33,043 nucleotides of DNA from Archangiaceae bacterium (GTDB taxonomy: Bacteria; Myxococcota; Myxococcia; Myxococcales; Myxococcaceae): the NCBI GenBank assembly GCA_043750125.1, contig JAYVCD010000422.1:1-33043 (forward strand), written 5' to 3'. Of this stretch, positions 1 through 7,337 are shown in pieces. The position numbers and the translations under genes were made by a program. Numbering within the stretch: the first letter of the stretch is position 1; the number at the start of each line of letters is the position of its first letter. The notes beneath the pieces are model-generated. The model was not told where the DNA came from. It saw only the letters and a list, made by a program, of their open reading frames with translations, and did no database searches.

Positions 1-784
1 TGTCGGCGAACACGGTAAAGATCGAGGTCCGCGGCAGGAACAGCTCGGGCGCGGTGCGGCGATAGCTCAGCTGCACTTCGATGTTTTCGGTCGGCGTCCA
101 CCGCGGCCCCACGTCGAGCTCCGCCAAACGCGTCTCGGAAATGCTCCAGACCAGGGCGCCCATCAGGGTCAGAGATTTCAGCGGACGCCACCTCGCGTCG
201 AGACCGGCATCTTGTCGGGACACCGCGCCGCGCTGAAGCATGTGGATGAACGAGGCTCCGACTTCGGTATTGATCGACGGGGCGAAGTACGCGCGGGTGC
301 CGACCACGAAGTCACCGCGCAAGAAGTTGGCGAACCGACGCTCGACCGGGATTCCGGCGAACGCGCTCAAGCCGATTCCGATTTCGGTTTTGTAGTCGGC
401 GAACAACCCGTCGAAGAACATTGCGCGCGCGACGCCTCCGACGACGAACTGTCGGCCCAGCCGCAGCTTCAATTTTTTCTTCAACGCCCGCCCTTCGACG
501 AAGGCGAGGTTCACGTCGCTCGCCCCGATGCCGGCGGACGAATTGGGCAGCGTCAAGCCGCCCCACGCATCGACCGCGACGCCGAGCTCGTCAAAGCCCC
601 GCAGCTGCAGGTTCTTCGCCCGAACGCCCACCCACTCGTACAGCGGAACGACCGTCTTCACCTCCCCGTCGACCACGTCGGGGCGTCCGCCGATCAGCGT
701 GGTGGAATAGACGCTGACCTCGGCAGCCGAGGCCTGGCCCGCGCCGAGCGCGAGAACGGTGGCGACGATTTGACAGCCTCTCAT
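1..784 (-). CDS. Putative outer-membrane beta-barrel (porin-like) protein, 3' end truncated by window edge
   Basis: Not in ORF track (no stop in window). Manual translation from ATG 784: MRGCQIVATVLALGAGQASAAEVSVYSTTLIGGRPD...DVNLAFVEGR...LKLRLGRQFVVGG...FDGLFADY...DAGLDARWRP...IEVQLSYRRTAPELFLPRTSIFTVFAD. It has a Sec signal ending ASA and alternating amphipathic strands, and lies 15 bp after the cytochrome c gene. Confidence 0.7.
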   Translation of the reverse strand, partial: MRGCQIVATVLALGAGQASAAEVSVYSTTLIGGRPDVVDGEVKTVVPLYEWVGVRAKNLQLRGFDELGVAVDAWGGLTLPNSSAGIGASDVNLAFVEGRALKKKLKLRLGRQFVVGGVARAMFFDGLFADYKTEIGIGLSAFAGIPVERRFANFLRGDFVVGTRAYFAPSINTEVGASFIHMLQRGAVSRQDAGLDARWRPLKSLTLMGALVWSISETRLAELDVGPRWTPTENIEVQLSYRRTAPELFLPRTSIFTVFAD

Positions 785-799
785 TGCGTGACGCGCCGA

Positions 800-1138
800 C
801 TACTTCTTGAACTCGCGCATGTACTTGACCATCGCGTCGAGCTCCGGGCCTTTGATCTCGTCCTTGAAGCCTTCCATTTCCTGCTTCACCCCGTCCTTGT
901 CCTTCTTGAGGCCGTCGTTGATCGCGGTCTTCATCTCGTCGTCGGTGGCCTTCTGGAAGTCTGCCGACGCGATGTCACGCATCGCCATCTTCTTCCCCTT
1001 CTCGGTCTGGGCCTTGCCGTCCTTCCCGTGGCACGCCGCACACTTCGCGCCGAACATCCGCTCGGTCTTCTTGTCTGCCGCATGCGCGTGGGTCGCGAAC
1101 GTGAAGCAGGCGAGGGCCAGGGGTACGAAACTTTTCAT
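800..1138 (-). CDS. Periplasmic monoheme class I cytochrome c
   Basis: Signal peptide ending AHA, single CAACH, C-terminal Met candidate distal ligand (QEMEGF), GGAGAG RBS upstream. Confidence 0.9.
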   Translation of the reverse strand: MKSFVPLALACFTFATHAHAADKKTERMFGAKCAACHGKDGKAQTEKGKKMAMRDIASADFQKATDDEMKTAINDGLKKDKDGVKQEMEGFKDEIKGPELDAMVKYMREFKK

Positions 1139-1170
1139 GTCAGTCTCTCTCCAGTCAGCGTGGGGTGGAG

Positions 1171-1998
1171 TCAGGGTTCGGAAATCTGAGCGCCCTTTCG
1201 CAGGTCCACATCGGCCTGCAAGGTGAGCTGTTCAATCCGGGCGCGGGTGAGGTCTTCGATGATCTGCGGGCGGGCGTCCTCGAACGTCACCGCGTTCTTC
1301 TCGCGGCGCTCGATCAGCTCGAGGATCCAGAACCGTCCCCCCGGCCCCCGGATGATCGGGCTCACCTGGCCCGGCGCCAGCGAGGCGACCACCCCGCGCC
1401 ATTGTTCGGGCAGCTGTTTCCAGCTGAGGAAGCCCAGTTCCCAGGGAGCGCCGGCGCCTTCGGGCAAGCCGGTAAATTGTCGTCGGGCCTCGCTTTCGAA
1501 TGAGGCGCCGCCTTGAAGCGCGCGCTGCACGGTCAGAATCTGCGCTTCGTCCCGCAGCAGAATCTGCCGCAGGTGAACCTCGGTGCGGATCAGCGCCGCG
1601 TTGTTCTCGAAGAACGCGCGGACCTGGGACGCAGAGGGCTCGGCCTTCTTTGCGATCTGGGTCCGATAGAATGCCTCGGCCAACGCGCGTCGCCGGGCCG
1701 CACCCAACAGCAGCTCGAGACGGGCGACCTCGTCCGCGGCAGGACCTTCGGGCTCCAGCCCCAGCTCGACCGACTTCTGCCGAACGAGCTCGTCGTGGAT
1801 CAGTGCCGCGATCACTGCCTTCCGGCGATCGGGAACGCTGGGCTCCCCTGCCCCATGAGCTGTCGGCTTGAGACCCAGCAGCACTTCAGCCTCGGTGATC
1901 GCCACTCCGTTCACCGTCGCCACTGCGCTGTTCTGCCGGCCCGGATTGCACGCGGACAACAATGCGATCGCGCCGAGGCATCGGAACCGGGCGTTCAA
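1171..1998 (-). CDS. PpiC/SurA-type peptidyl-prolyl isomerase lipoprotein
   Basis: TTG start at 1998 overlaps the upstream TGA (TTGA). Lipobox LSAC; VATVNGVAIT N-domain; parvulin-like VHLRQIL...GASFESEARR...LGF...GQVSPII. Confidence 0.85.
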   Translation of the reverse strand: MNARFRCLGAIALLSACNPGRQNSAVATVNGVAITEAEVLLGLKPTAHGAGEPSVPDRRKAVIAALIHDELVRQKSVELGLEPEGPAADEVARLELLLGAARRRALAEAFYRTQIAKKAEPSASQVRAFFENNAALIRTEVHLRQILLRDEAQILTVQRALQGGASFESEARRQFTGLPEGAGAPWELGFLSWKQLPEQWRGVVASLAPGQVSPIIRGPGGRFWILELIERREKNAVTFEDARPQIIEDLTRARIEQLTLQADVDLRKGAQISEP

Positions 1999-4931
1999 TG
2001 GCACGTCTTGCAGGACTCGACTTCGTCGCCGCTGAACGGGTTGGCCGGGGTGGGGTCGACGGTCATCACCGTCATGTGCGCGGTGGCCGCGTCCGAGTCG
2101 TGGCACCCACCGCAGGGCAGTCGGGCCGGCTTCGTCTTCCAGCTGCCACTGGTGGTGCCGTTGGCGTGGCAGACCTGACAGTTGCGCAGGTCCTCGGGGA
2201 AGGTGATGTCCCAGTTTCGGCCCGGCACCGGATCTCCGTTGGGATAGCCGACCGTGAGCAGGGGGAAGTCGAGGGTCGCGCCGGCGTGGACCGCGTGGAC
2301 CCGCCGCGAAATCGCCGCGGCGCCGCCCCACGAGCCGACCACGTTCGAGTTCTGGTTGTCGTGGCACGCGCCGCACTGATCCACCGCCGTCTTGTCGACG
2401 ATCTTGTTGTGACGGAAGAAGTCGAAGACGAAGCCTTTGTTCGTTTCGGGGCTCTGGTGACAGGTGTCGCAGTTGGCCGCCGGAGCGAGCTCTTCAGCCA
2501 GTTGCTTCACCTGGAAGGTCGTCTTCGCCACCGTCGGAGTGCGGTAGTTGGTGGGGACGATTCCTCCGCGATCTTTGAGCTCGATGCTCGCGATGTAGGT
2601 GCCCGGAGCGAGGTCGTCGACCGGGTCCAACTGGTACTGAATGCTGCCCGTCGTCCAGCTGACCTTCGGATCATTGGGAACCGTCGGCGATCCTCCGTCG
2701 AGGTTCCATTGCTTCGCCAGGTTGTTGGACGCGGTGTACCCCCCGAGGTTCTTCACCGTCGCGTCGTTGAAGATCGCGGTGTTCAGGGGTCCGGCGAGAA
2801 CCTGAATCGAGAAGAACTTCCCGAGATTCCGGCTGCGAATGGCGAGCCTCCCGCGGGTCTCGTCGAGGTACGCGATCGCCCGGGCTTTGAAGGGCGCGCT
2901 CGAGTTGAGCCAGGCGACGATTTCAGCCGGAGTCGCGGCGGTGCGGTCGACGAAGCCCGTCGCCGGCACGGCCAGCACGACGGTGGCGCGAAGCAGCGTC
3001 GCGGCGGTGTCGAATTCCCGCTTCAGGTCCTCGCCGTTGTCGGCGACCACGGTCATCGTGTTTCCCACTGCGCCCAGGTTGTAGGTGGGCTGGTCGAGGC
3101 CGAACAGCCGGGTGCGCGCGGCCAGGCCGAGCACCGGGTTGCGCCGAGCGCGGGGGCCGTGGACGAACAGCGCGGCCCCGGTGAATTTTCCGTCGCGGGG
3201 CGTGCAGTGATCGCCGCCGTCGAAGCCCAGGGGAGTGTTGGGAAGACAGCCTTCGGCGCCGTCGAGATCCTGAAGGACGGTGGTGTGATCGATGGGAAGA
3301 CCGTTTTCGCGAATGACCAGCGTGACCACCGGAGCCTCGCCCGAGACGTAGTACCCCCGGGTGGGAACGTTGAGGGTCAGGTCGGTCGTGAACTCCGGAA
3401 TGTTGCGCGGGTCGGCCCGGGTGAAGTCGTGGGCCTGGGTGACCGGGTTGATGACGTTCGGCACCGGAGTCCCACTGGGCGGGTGGCAAACGCCGCACGC
3501 GTTGTCGGTGGTGGCCATTCCGCCCGCGTGGTTCACGCCGGTCGCGAAGTTGGTCTCGTCGTGGCACGAGCCACAGGCTTTTCGGGACGGGACGTTTTTC
3601 CAGTTCGCCACCTGCGGCGTCGCGACGGGGTTCGGCTTGTCGTTGTGGCACTTGGTGCAGTTGTTGAGCACGGCCGGGAAAGACGCCTTCCACCACTCGA
3701 CCTTGGTGTTCATGTAGCCCCAGATGGCGTAGCTGCCGTTATCGGCCGCCTCGTTCACCAGCGTGGCCGGGTTGTCCCACAGAATGCCGTCGGCCCCGGG
3801 AATGCTCATCAGCTCGCCACCCGCGTGAATCTTGTGAATCATCGTGTCGAGGTCGAGCGAGGCGCCGCCGTGAGGGTCGATGTTCCCGGGAAGGTGGCAG
3901 GTGGCGCAGACCTCGACGGTGAGGCGATCGCCGCCGTGGGCGTGAAATTCCTGGCCGTGGCAGGTGCGACAGTTTCCGGTGTCGATGATTCGGCGGCTCT
4001 CGGTGACGATCGAGCCGTCGGGCACGAAGTCTAAGAACCCATCGGCGGTCGCCCCGCTGTGGCCGCCCACCATCACGGCGATGCGGTGAAGCCGATTCCG
4101 CTCGAACGCAATCGGCTTTCCTCCCACGCTGACGTTCGAGAGGTTGGTCGCGAAGGTGTAGACGTACGAGCCGTCGTTGTTGTCGACGAGGGCGCCGTTG
4201 CTCTCTTTGTACGCCTGGTAGGCCTGAGTTCCGTCCGGGTTTGGCCAGTTGCCTCCATCGGAACCGGTGACGGTCTGCAGTTGGTAGATGTACGCGACGA
4301 ACTTGTTGAACGCCTCTCCGGCATCGGAATCGGGGGGAACCAGCTTCACGATGTTGGCGCTGACGGTCTTGATCCCGAGCACCGGCTTGTTGGTCGCGCT
4401 GGCCACTTTGAAGCTGACGGTGACGATTCCGGTGGGGCTGGCCGCCGCCCCGGTGATTGTCATGTTGGCGAGGAATTTTCCGGTGCTGGACAGCGCGGCC
4501 TGGGTGAGGAAGTCGGTCCCGTGGAACTGGTCGACCCGGAAAGCGTCACCGGCGTTGGCCCCGTTCATTCCATTGGTTCCGTTCGTGCCGTTGGCAATGT
4601 TGATCACCGTGCCGTCGGCGCAGCTGATGGTGCGGCCTCCGTCGAGGTTGTCTTTGATCGAGCACGAGCTGCCACCGGGGAGGTCGGCGATCGTTCCGTC
4701 ACTGCAGCTGACGATTCGCCCGCCGTCGCTCTTGGTGGTGATCGAGCACGAGGTGCCCGCGTCGCCGTTGGTTCCGTTGCGCCCGTTGGACAAGGTGACC
4801 TTCGTCCCGTCGGTGCACGAGACAGTCACGGTTCCGTCCCCGTTGTCCTGGGTCGAGCACGAGCTGCCTTTCTCTCCGACGGGCCCCTGACAACCCGCCA
4901 GGACGACACACAGCACGATGTTGATTTTCAG
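1995..4931 (-). CDS. OmcA/MtrC-family decaheme c-type cytochrome lipoprotein (~978 aa)
   Basis: Ten CxxCH motifs in two groups of five (CRTCH, CATCH, CTKCH, CGSCH, CGVCH; CDTCH, CGACH, CQVCH, CGGCH, C-terminal CKTCH). Family-type motifs HGGDR and MIHKIH; lipobox LAGC. Start uncertain (CTG 4931 after GGAG, or TTG 4979). Confidence 0.92.
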   Translation of the reverse strand: MKINIVLCVVLAGCQGPVGEKGSSCSTQDNGDGTVTVSCTDGTKVTLSNGRNGTNGDAGTSCSITTKSDGGRIVSCSDGTIADLPGGSSCSIKDNLDGGRTISCADGTVINIANGTNGTNGMNGANAGDAFRVDQFHGTDFLTQAALSSTGKFLANMTITGAAASPTGIVTVSFKVASATNKPVLGIKTVSANIVKLVPPDSDAGEAFNKFVAYIYQLQTVTGSDGGNWPNPDGTQAYQAYKESNGALVDNNDGSYVYTFATNLSNVSVGGKPIAFERNRLHRIAVMVGGHSGATADGFLDFVPDGSIVTESRRIIDTGNCRTCHGQEFHAHGGDRLTVEVCATCHLPGNIDPHGGASLDLDTMIHKIHAGGELMSIPGADGILWDNPATLVNEAADNGSYAIWGYMNTKVEWWKASFPAVLNNCTKCHNDKPNPVATPQVANWKNVPSRKACGSCHDETNFATGVNHAGGMATTDNACGVCHPPSGTPVPNVINPVTQAHDFTRADPRNIPEFTTDLTLNVPTRGYYVSGEAPVVTLVIRENGLPIDHTTVLQDLDGAEGCLPNTPLGFDGGDHCTPRDGKFTGAALFVHGPRARRNPVLGLAARTRLFGLDQPTYNLGAVGNTMTVVADNGEDLKREFDTAATLLRATVVLAVPATGFVDRTAATPAEIVAWLNSSAPFKARAIAYLDETRGRLAIRSRNLGKFFSIQVLAGPLNTAIFNDATVKNLGGYTASNNLAKQWNLDGGSPTVPNDPKVSWTTGSIQYQLDPVDDLAPGTYIASIELKDRGGIVPTNYRTPTVAKTTFQVKQLAEELAPAANCDTCHQSPETNKGFVFDFFRHNKIVDKTAVDQCGACHDNQNSNVVGSWGGAAAISRRVHAVHAGATLDFPLLTVGYPNGDPVPGRNWDITFPEDLRNCQVCHANGTTSGSWKTKPARLPCGGCHDSDAATAHMTVMTVDPTPANPFSGDEVESCKTCH
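4551..4865 (-). repeat. Three intragenic SCS-x-DG-x-SCxDGT repeats plus G-x-N triplet linkers
   Basis: SSCSTQDNGDGTVTVSCTDGT / TSCSITTKSDGGRIVSCSDGT / SSCSIKDNLDGGRTISCADGT, with NGRNGTNG and NGTNGTNGMNGAN linkers. Confidence 0.85.
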
Positions 4932-5034
4932 GGACGCTCCGCCTTCCGTTGCCAGCTGTTTTTCGACTGCCCATGCCAAGCCATTGCGCCACAGGCAAAG
5001 GCGCCCCACTGAGACTGTTCTGCGCGCTACAGGA

Positions 5035-5382
5035 TCAGCTGACCATCGAGGCGCAGTCGAGGCAGTGGTGGGCCTCGGGCATCGCGCGCAGACGGTCGGC
5101 GCCGATCTTCTTGTTGCAACTTCCGCAGCGGCCCCAGGTGCCTTGGTCCAGACGGAACAGCGCGGCGTCGATCGCATCGACCTCATTGCGCTCGCGGTCG
5201 GAGAGGGTGACCAGCACTTCGGCGATCTCCTCCCCTGCGGTGCGCTCTCGGGACTCACCGTCGTGGCGAAGCTGCGCGCCGTCATTCGCGTTGTGGCGCT
5301 GGCTGCGAACGAGCACCGTGCGCCGGGCCACGAGCTTTGAGCGGGCTTCTGTCGCGTGCTGGGTTTCGGTCGTGGTGGACAT
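5035..5382 (-). CDS. TraR/DksA-family C4 zinc-finger protein
   Basis: ATG 5382. Coiled-coil N-terminus, then IDAALFRLDQGTWGRCGSC...RLRAMPEAHHCLDC. Confidence 0.88.
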   Translation of the reverse strand: MSTTTETQHATEARSKLVARRTVLVRSQRHNANDGAQLRHDGESRERTAGEEIAEVLVTLSDRERNEVDAIDAALFRLDQGTWGRCGSCNKKIGADRLRAMPEAHHCLDCASMVS

Positions 5383-5394
5383 GCCGAGGCGCTG

Positions 5395-5410
5395 TGCAAT
5401 CCGGGGCCCA
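5395..5410 (-). promoter_or_regulatory. Putative sigma54 promoter for the dksA-like gene
   Basis: Minus strand TGGGCCCCGGATTGCA with exact GG-N10-GC spacing and a TTGCA -12 box. Confidence 0.6.
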
Positions 5411-5443
5411 CATCGAGGGCGCCGACATTTCAACTCTGAGGGC

Positions 5444-5485
5444 TCCACGGACTGCGCCTCGGCTTCCGGGGTGCAGCTTCTGCAC
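5444..5485. promoter_or_regulatory. Tandem putative enhancer (EBP) sites between divergent promoters
   Basis: GTGCA-GCTTC-TGCAC (5471-5485), plus degenerate TCCA-CGGAC-TGCG (5444-5456) offset by 28 bp. Confidence 0.6.
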
Positions 5486-5518
5486 CGGGACGTTGCCGCC
5501 TCTCTTCTGAGAGAGAAA

Positions 5519-5534
5519 TGGCGCGCGGGTTGCT
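5519..5534 (+). promoter_or_regulatory. Putative sigma54 promoter for usp
   Basis: TGGCGCG-CGGG-TTGCT, a close match to TGGCACG-N4-TTGC(W). Confidence 0.72.
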
Positions 5535-5547
5535 CGGGGTGGGTTTC

Positions 5548-6810
5548 ATGACCATCGTCTGCGCAACCCGGTTTTCCGAAGAGTCGTCTTTCGCTGCGAA
5601 GGTCGCCGCCGAGCTGGCGCGGAAGCAAAAGCAGGCATTGTGGCTGGTGCACGTGCTCCCGGGTCGGGTGATTCGATCGTGGGGGGACAAGGTCGAGGCG
5701 GCGGCCACGGCGGCGCTGCTGGCCGAGGCCCAGGTGCTGCGCGAATCGGGGCTCGAGGTTCAGACCGTGGTGCTGAACGGGAAGGTCGATCACGAAATGT
5801 CCCGGTTCTGCGCTGCGAAGGGAGCCTCCCTGCTGGTCGTCGGAGACACCACCCAGAACACGCGCGGGCCCATCGCCGGGACGCTCGACAGGCTCGCGTA
5901 CAGCGTCGAGACGCCGCTGTTGGTGGTGCGAGATCCCCGGCCGTTCATCGCCTGGGCCGAAGGAAAGGCTCCGCTCAAAGTGATGCTGGCGATCGATCAC
6001 ACCTCGAGCTCGGCGGTCGCGCGAGATTGGATCTGCGCTCTGGCCCAGTACGGCGCGCTGGACCTGGTCGCGACGCACGTCTGGTGGCCGCGCGAAGAGT
6101 ACGAGCGGCGGGGACTGCCCTTTCCGCCTGCGGAAGAAGGGCACAAGTCACTGGCGAACTTGATGGAGGCCGAGACGGCGGCGGCGCTCACCGGCCTGCC
6201 GAACAACGTAAAAGTGCGGGTCCACCTCGAGATCGGAGTGCAACAGATTGGCGAACAGTTGCTCGCGCTGGCCAACGACGAGCAGATCGACATGTTCGTG
6301 CTGGGAACGCACCGCCGCCGCGCGCTGGGTCGGCTGTGGTCGATTTCCCATCATGTGATGGCGCTCGCGCCGATGTCGGTGGCGTGCATTCCGTCGGCGT
6401 TGGCCGTACCCGATGTCTCGGCGGCACCTGCATTCCGGACGGCGCTGGCGGCCACCAACTTCTCAGAGGCGTCGAACCGCGCGCTCACCTGCGCGATCGC
6501 GGTCGTCGGTGACGGCACCGTGCACGTGGTTCATGTGAGCAAAGAGCCGTTCAGTCCCGAGTCGGAAAAGGTTCTCTTGAAGAAGCTGACTGCAGTGCTG
6601 CCTCCGGACGCTGAACGGCGGGCGCGGCTGATGGTGCACGTGCTTCACGGCGAGGTCGCCGAAGAGTTGATCAAGGCCAATGATCGCTTCGGAATCGACG
6701 TGGTCTGCCTGGGCCTGAAGGCTGAGACCTTGCTCAAAAGCGCGGTGGTCGCCGAGGTGCTCAAGCGCTCAGGACGACCGGTGATGTTCGCCGCGCCACT
6801 CAAGGCGTGA
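5548..6810 (+). CDS. Universal stress protein, three tandem USP domains
   Basis: ATG 5548. MTIVCATRFS, VMLAIDHTSSS and LAATNFSEAS domain starts; FVLGTHRRRALGRL and SGRPVM USP motifs. Confidence 0.9.
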   Translation: MTIVCATRFSEESSFAAKVAAELARKQKQALWLVHVLPGRVIRSWGDKVEAAATAALLAEAQVLRESGLEVQTVVLNGKVDHEMSRFCAAKGASLLVVGDTTQNTRGPIAGTLDRLAYSVETPLLVVRDPRPFIAWAEGKAPLKVMLAIDHTSSSAVARDWICALAQYGALDLVATHVWWPREEYERRGLPFPPAEEGHKSLANLMEAETAAALTGLPNNVKVRVHLEIGVQQIGEQLLALANDEQIDMFVLGTHRRRALGRLWSISHHVMALAPMSVACIPSALAVPDVSAAPAFRTALAATNFSEASNRALTCAIAVVGDGTVHVVHVSKEPFSPESEKVLLKKLTAVLPPDAERRARLMVHVLHGEVAEELIKANDRFGIDVVCLGLKAETLLKSAVVAEVLKRSGRPVMFAAPLKA

Positions 6811-7128
6811 GCGCTGGGGGCTTGAGATCTCGAGGAGCGGGAAGCCCACTGAGGAAGTCTATCAGGAACCCGTCTCGCCTCATTCCCCCAACAAAGCTCT
6901 CGACGAAATGCCGTTGACCTTGCTGAGCAACGGAAAACAAATCCGCACCGCTGCACCCACTCGGAACCGGCCGTTCGACAGCACATGAGGATGAGCGAAT
7001 CGAACCGCGCTGCCGAGCCGAACCGCTGAGGAAACTTTCGGTCAAACACCGACAACCTCAAAGCGCCAGGAAGCCCGCTCAGAGTTCGATCTGAACTGGG
7101 ACGCGCGAACCGACGACACGTCCCTGGT

Positions 7129-7323
7129 CGCAACGAGCTGCGCGGGCTGCTGATCGAAGGCCGAGACGCCGACGAGACCTGGAACGAGGACCACTGCGAA
7201 TACCTGGTCAATCATCCCGAGGGCGTCGTCTTTCTGGCGGGCCGCACATTCCACATCTGCCGCGCGCACGCGCTGGCGCGGACCACGCTGCGCGGTAGGT
7301 CACACGGCACAACGATTGCGTAG
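7129..7323 (+). pseudogene. Start-less fragment of a hypothetical protein gene
   Basis: High-GC3 frame RNELRGLLIEGRDADETWNEDHCEYLVNHPEGVVFLAGRTFHICRAHALAR with no credible start; the tail runs into the ppdK promoter. Confidence 0.4.
7305..7320 (+). promoter_or_regulatory. Putative sigma54 promoter for ppdK
   Basis: CGGCAC-AACGA-TTGCG with exact -24/-12 spacing. Confidence 0.7.
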
Positions 7324-7337
7324 AGCGGCTGAGAGAA

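Noticed and set aside
1999-2376. N-terminal extension of the PPIase ORF
   Set aside because: It lies inside the decaheme gene; the lipobox supports a start at 1998.
4935-5034. Sigma54 promoter or cyclic-dinucleotide (GEMM) riboswitch directly upstream of the decaheme gene
   Set aside because: TGGCA/TGGCG boxes occur, but none has GC at the required spacing, and no GEMM consensus was recognised by eye. An Infernal/Rfam scan would settle it.
4932-5411. N-terminal extension of the 1138-aa ORF (1995..5411)
   Set aside because: It overlaps the dksA-like gene in another frame and precedes the lipoprotein signal; it is an open-frame artefact, not a fusion.
6943-6956. CGCA-CCGC-TGCA as another enhancer site
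   Set aside because: The spacer is 4 rather than 5 nt, it has no partner site, and it is far from a promoter.
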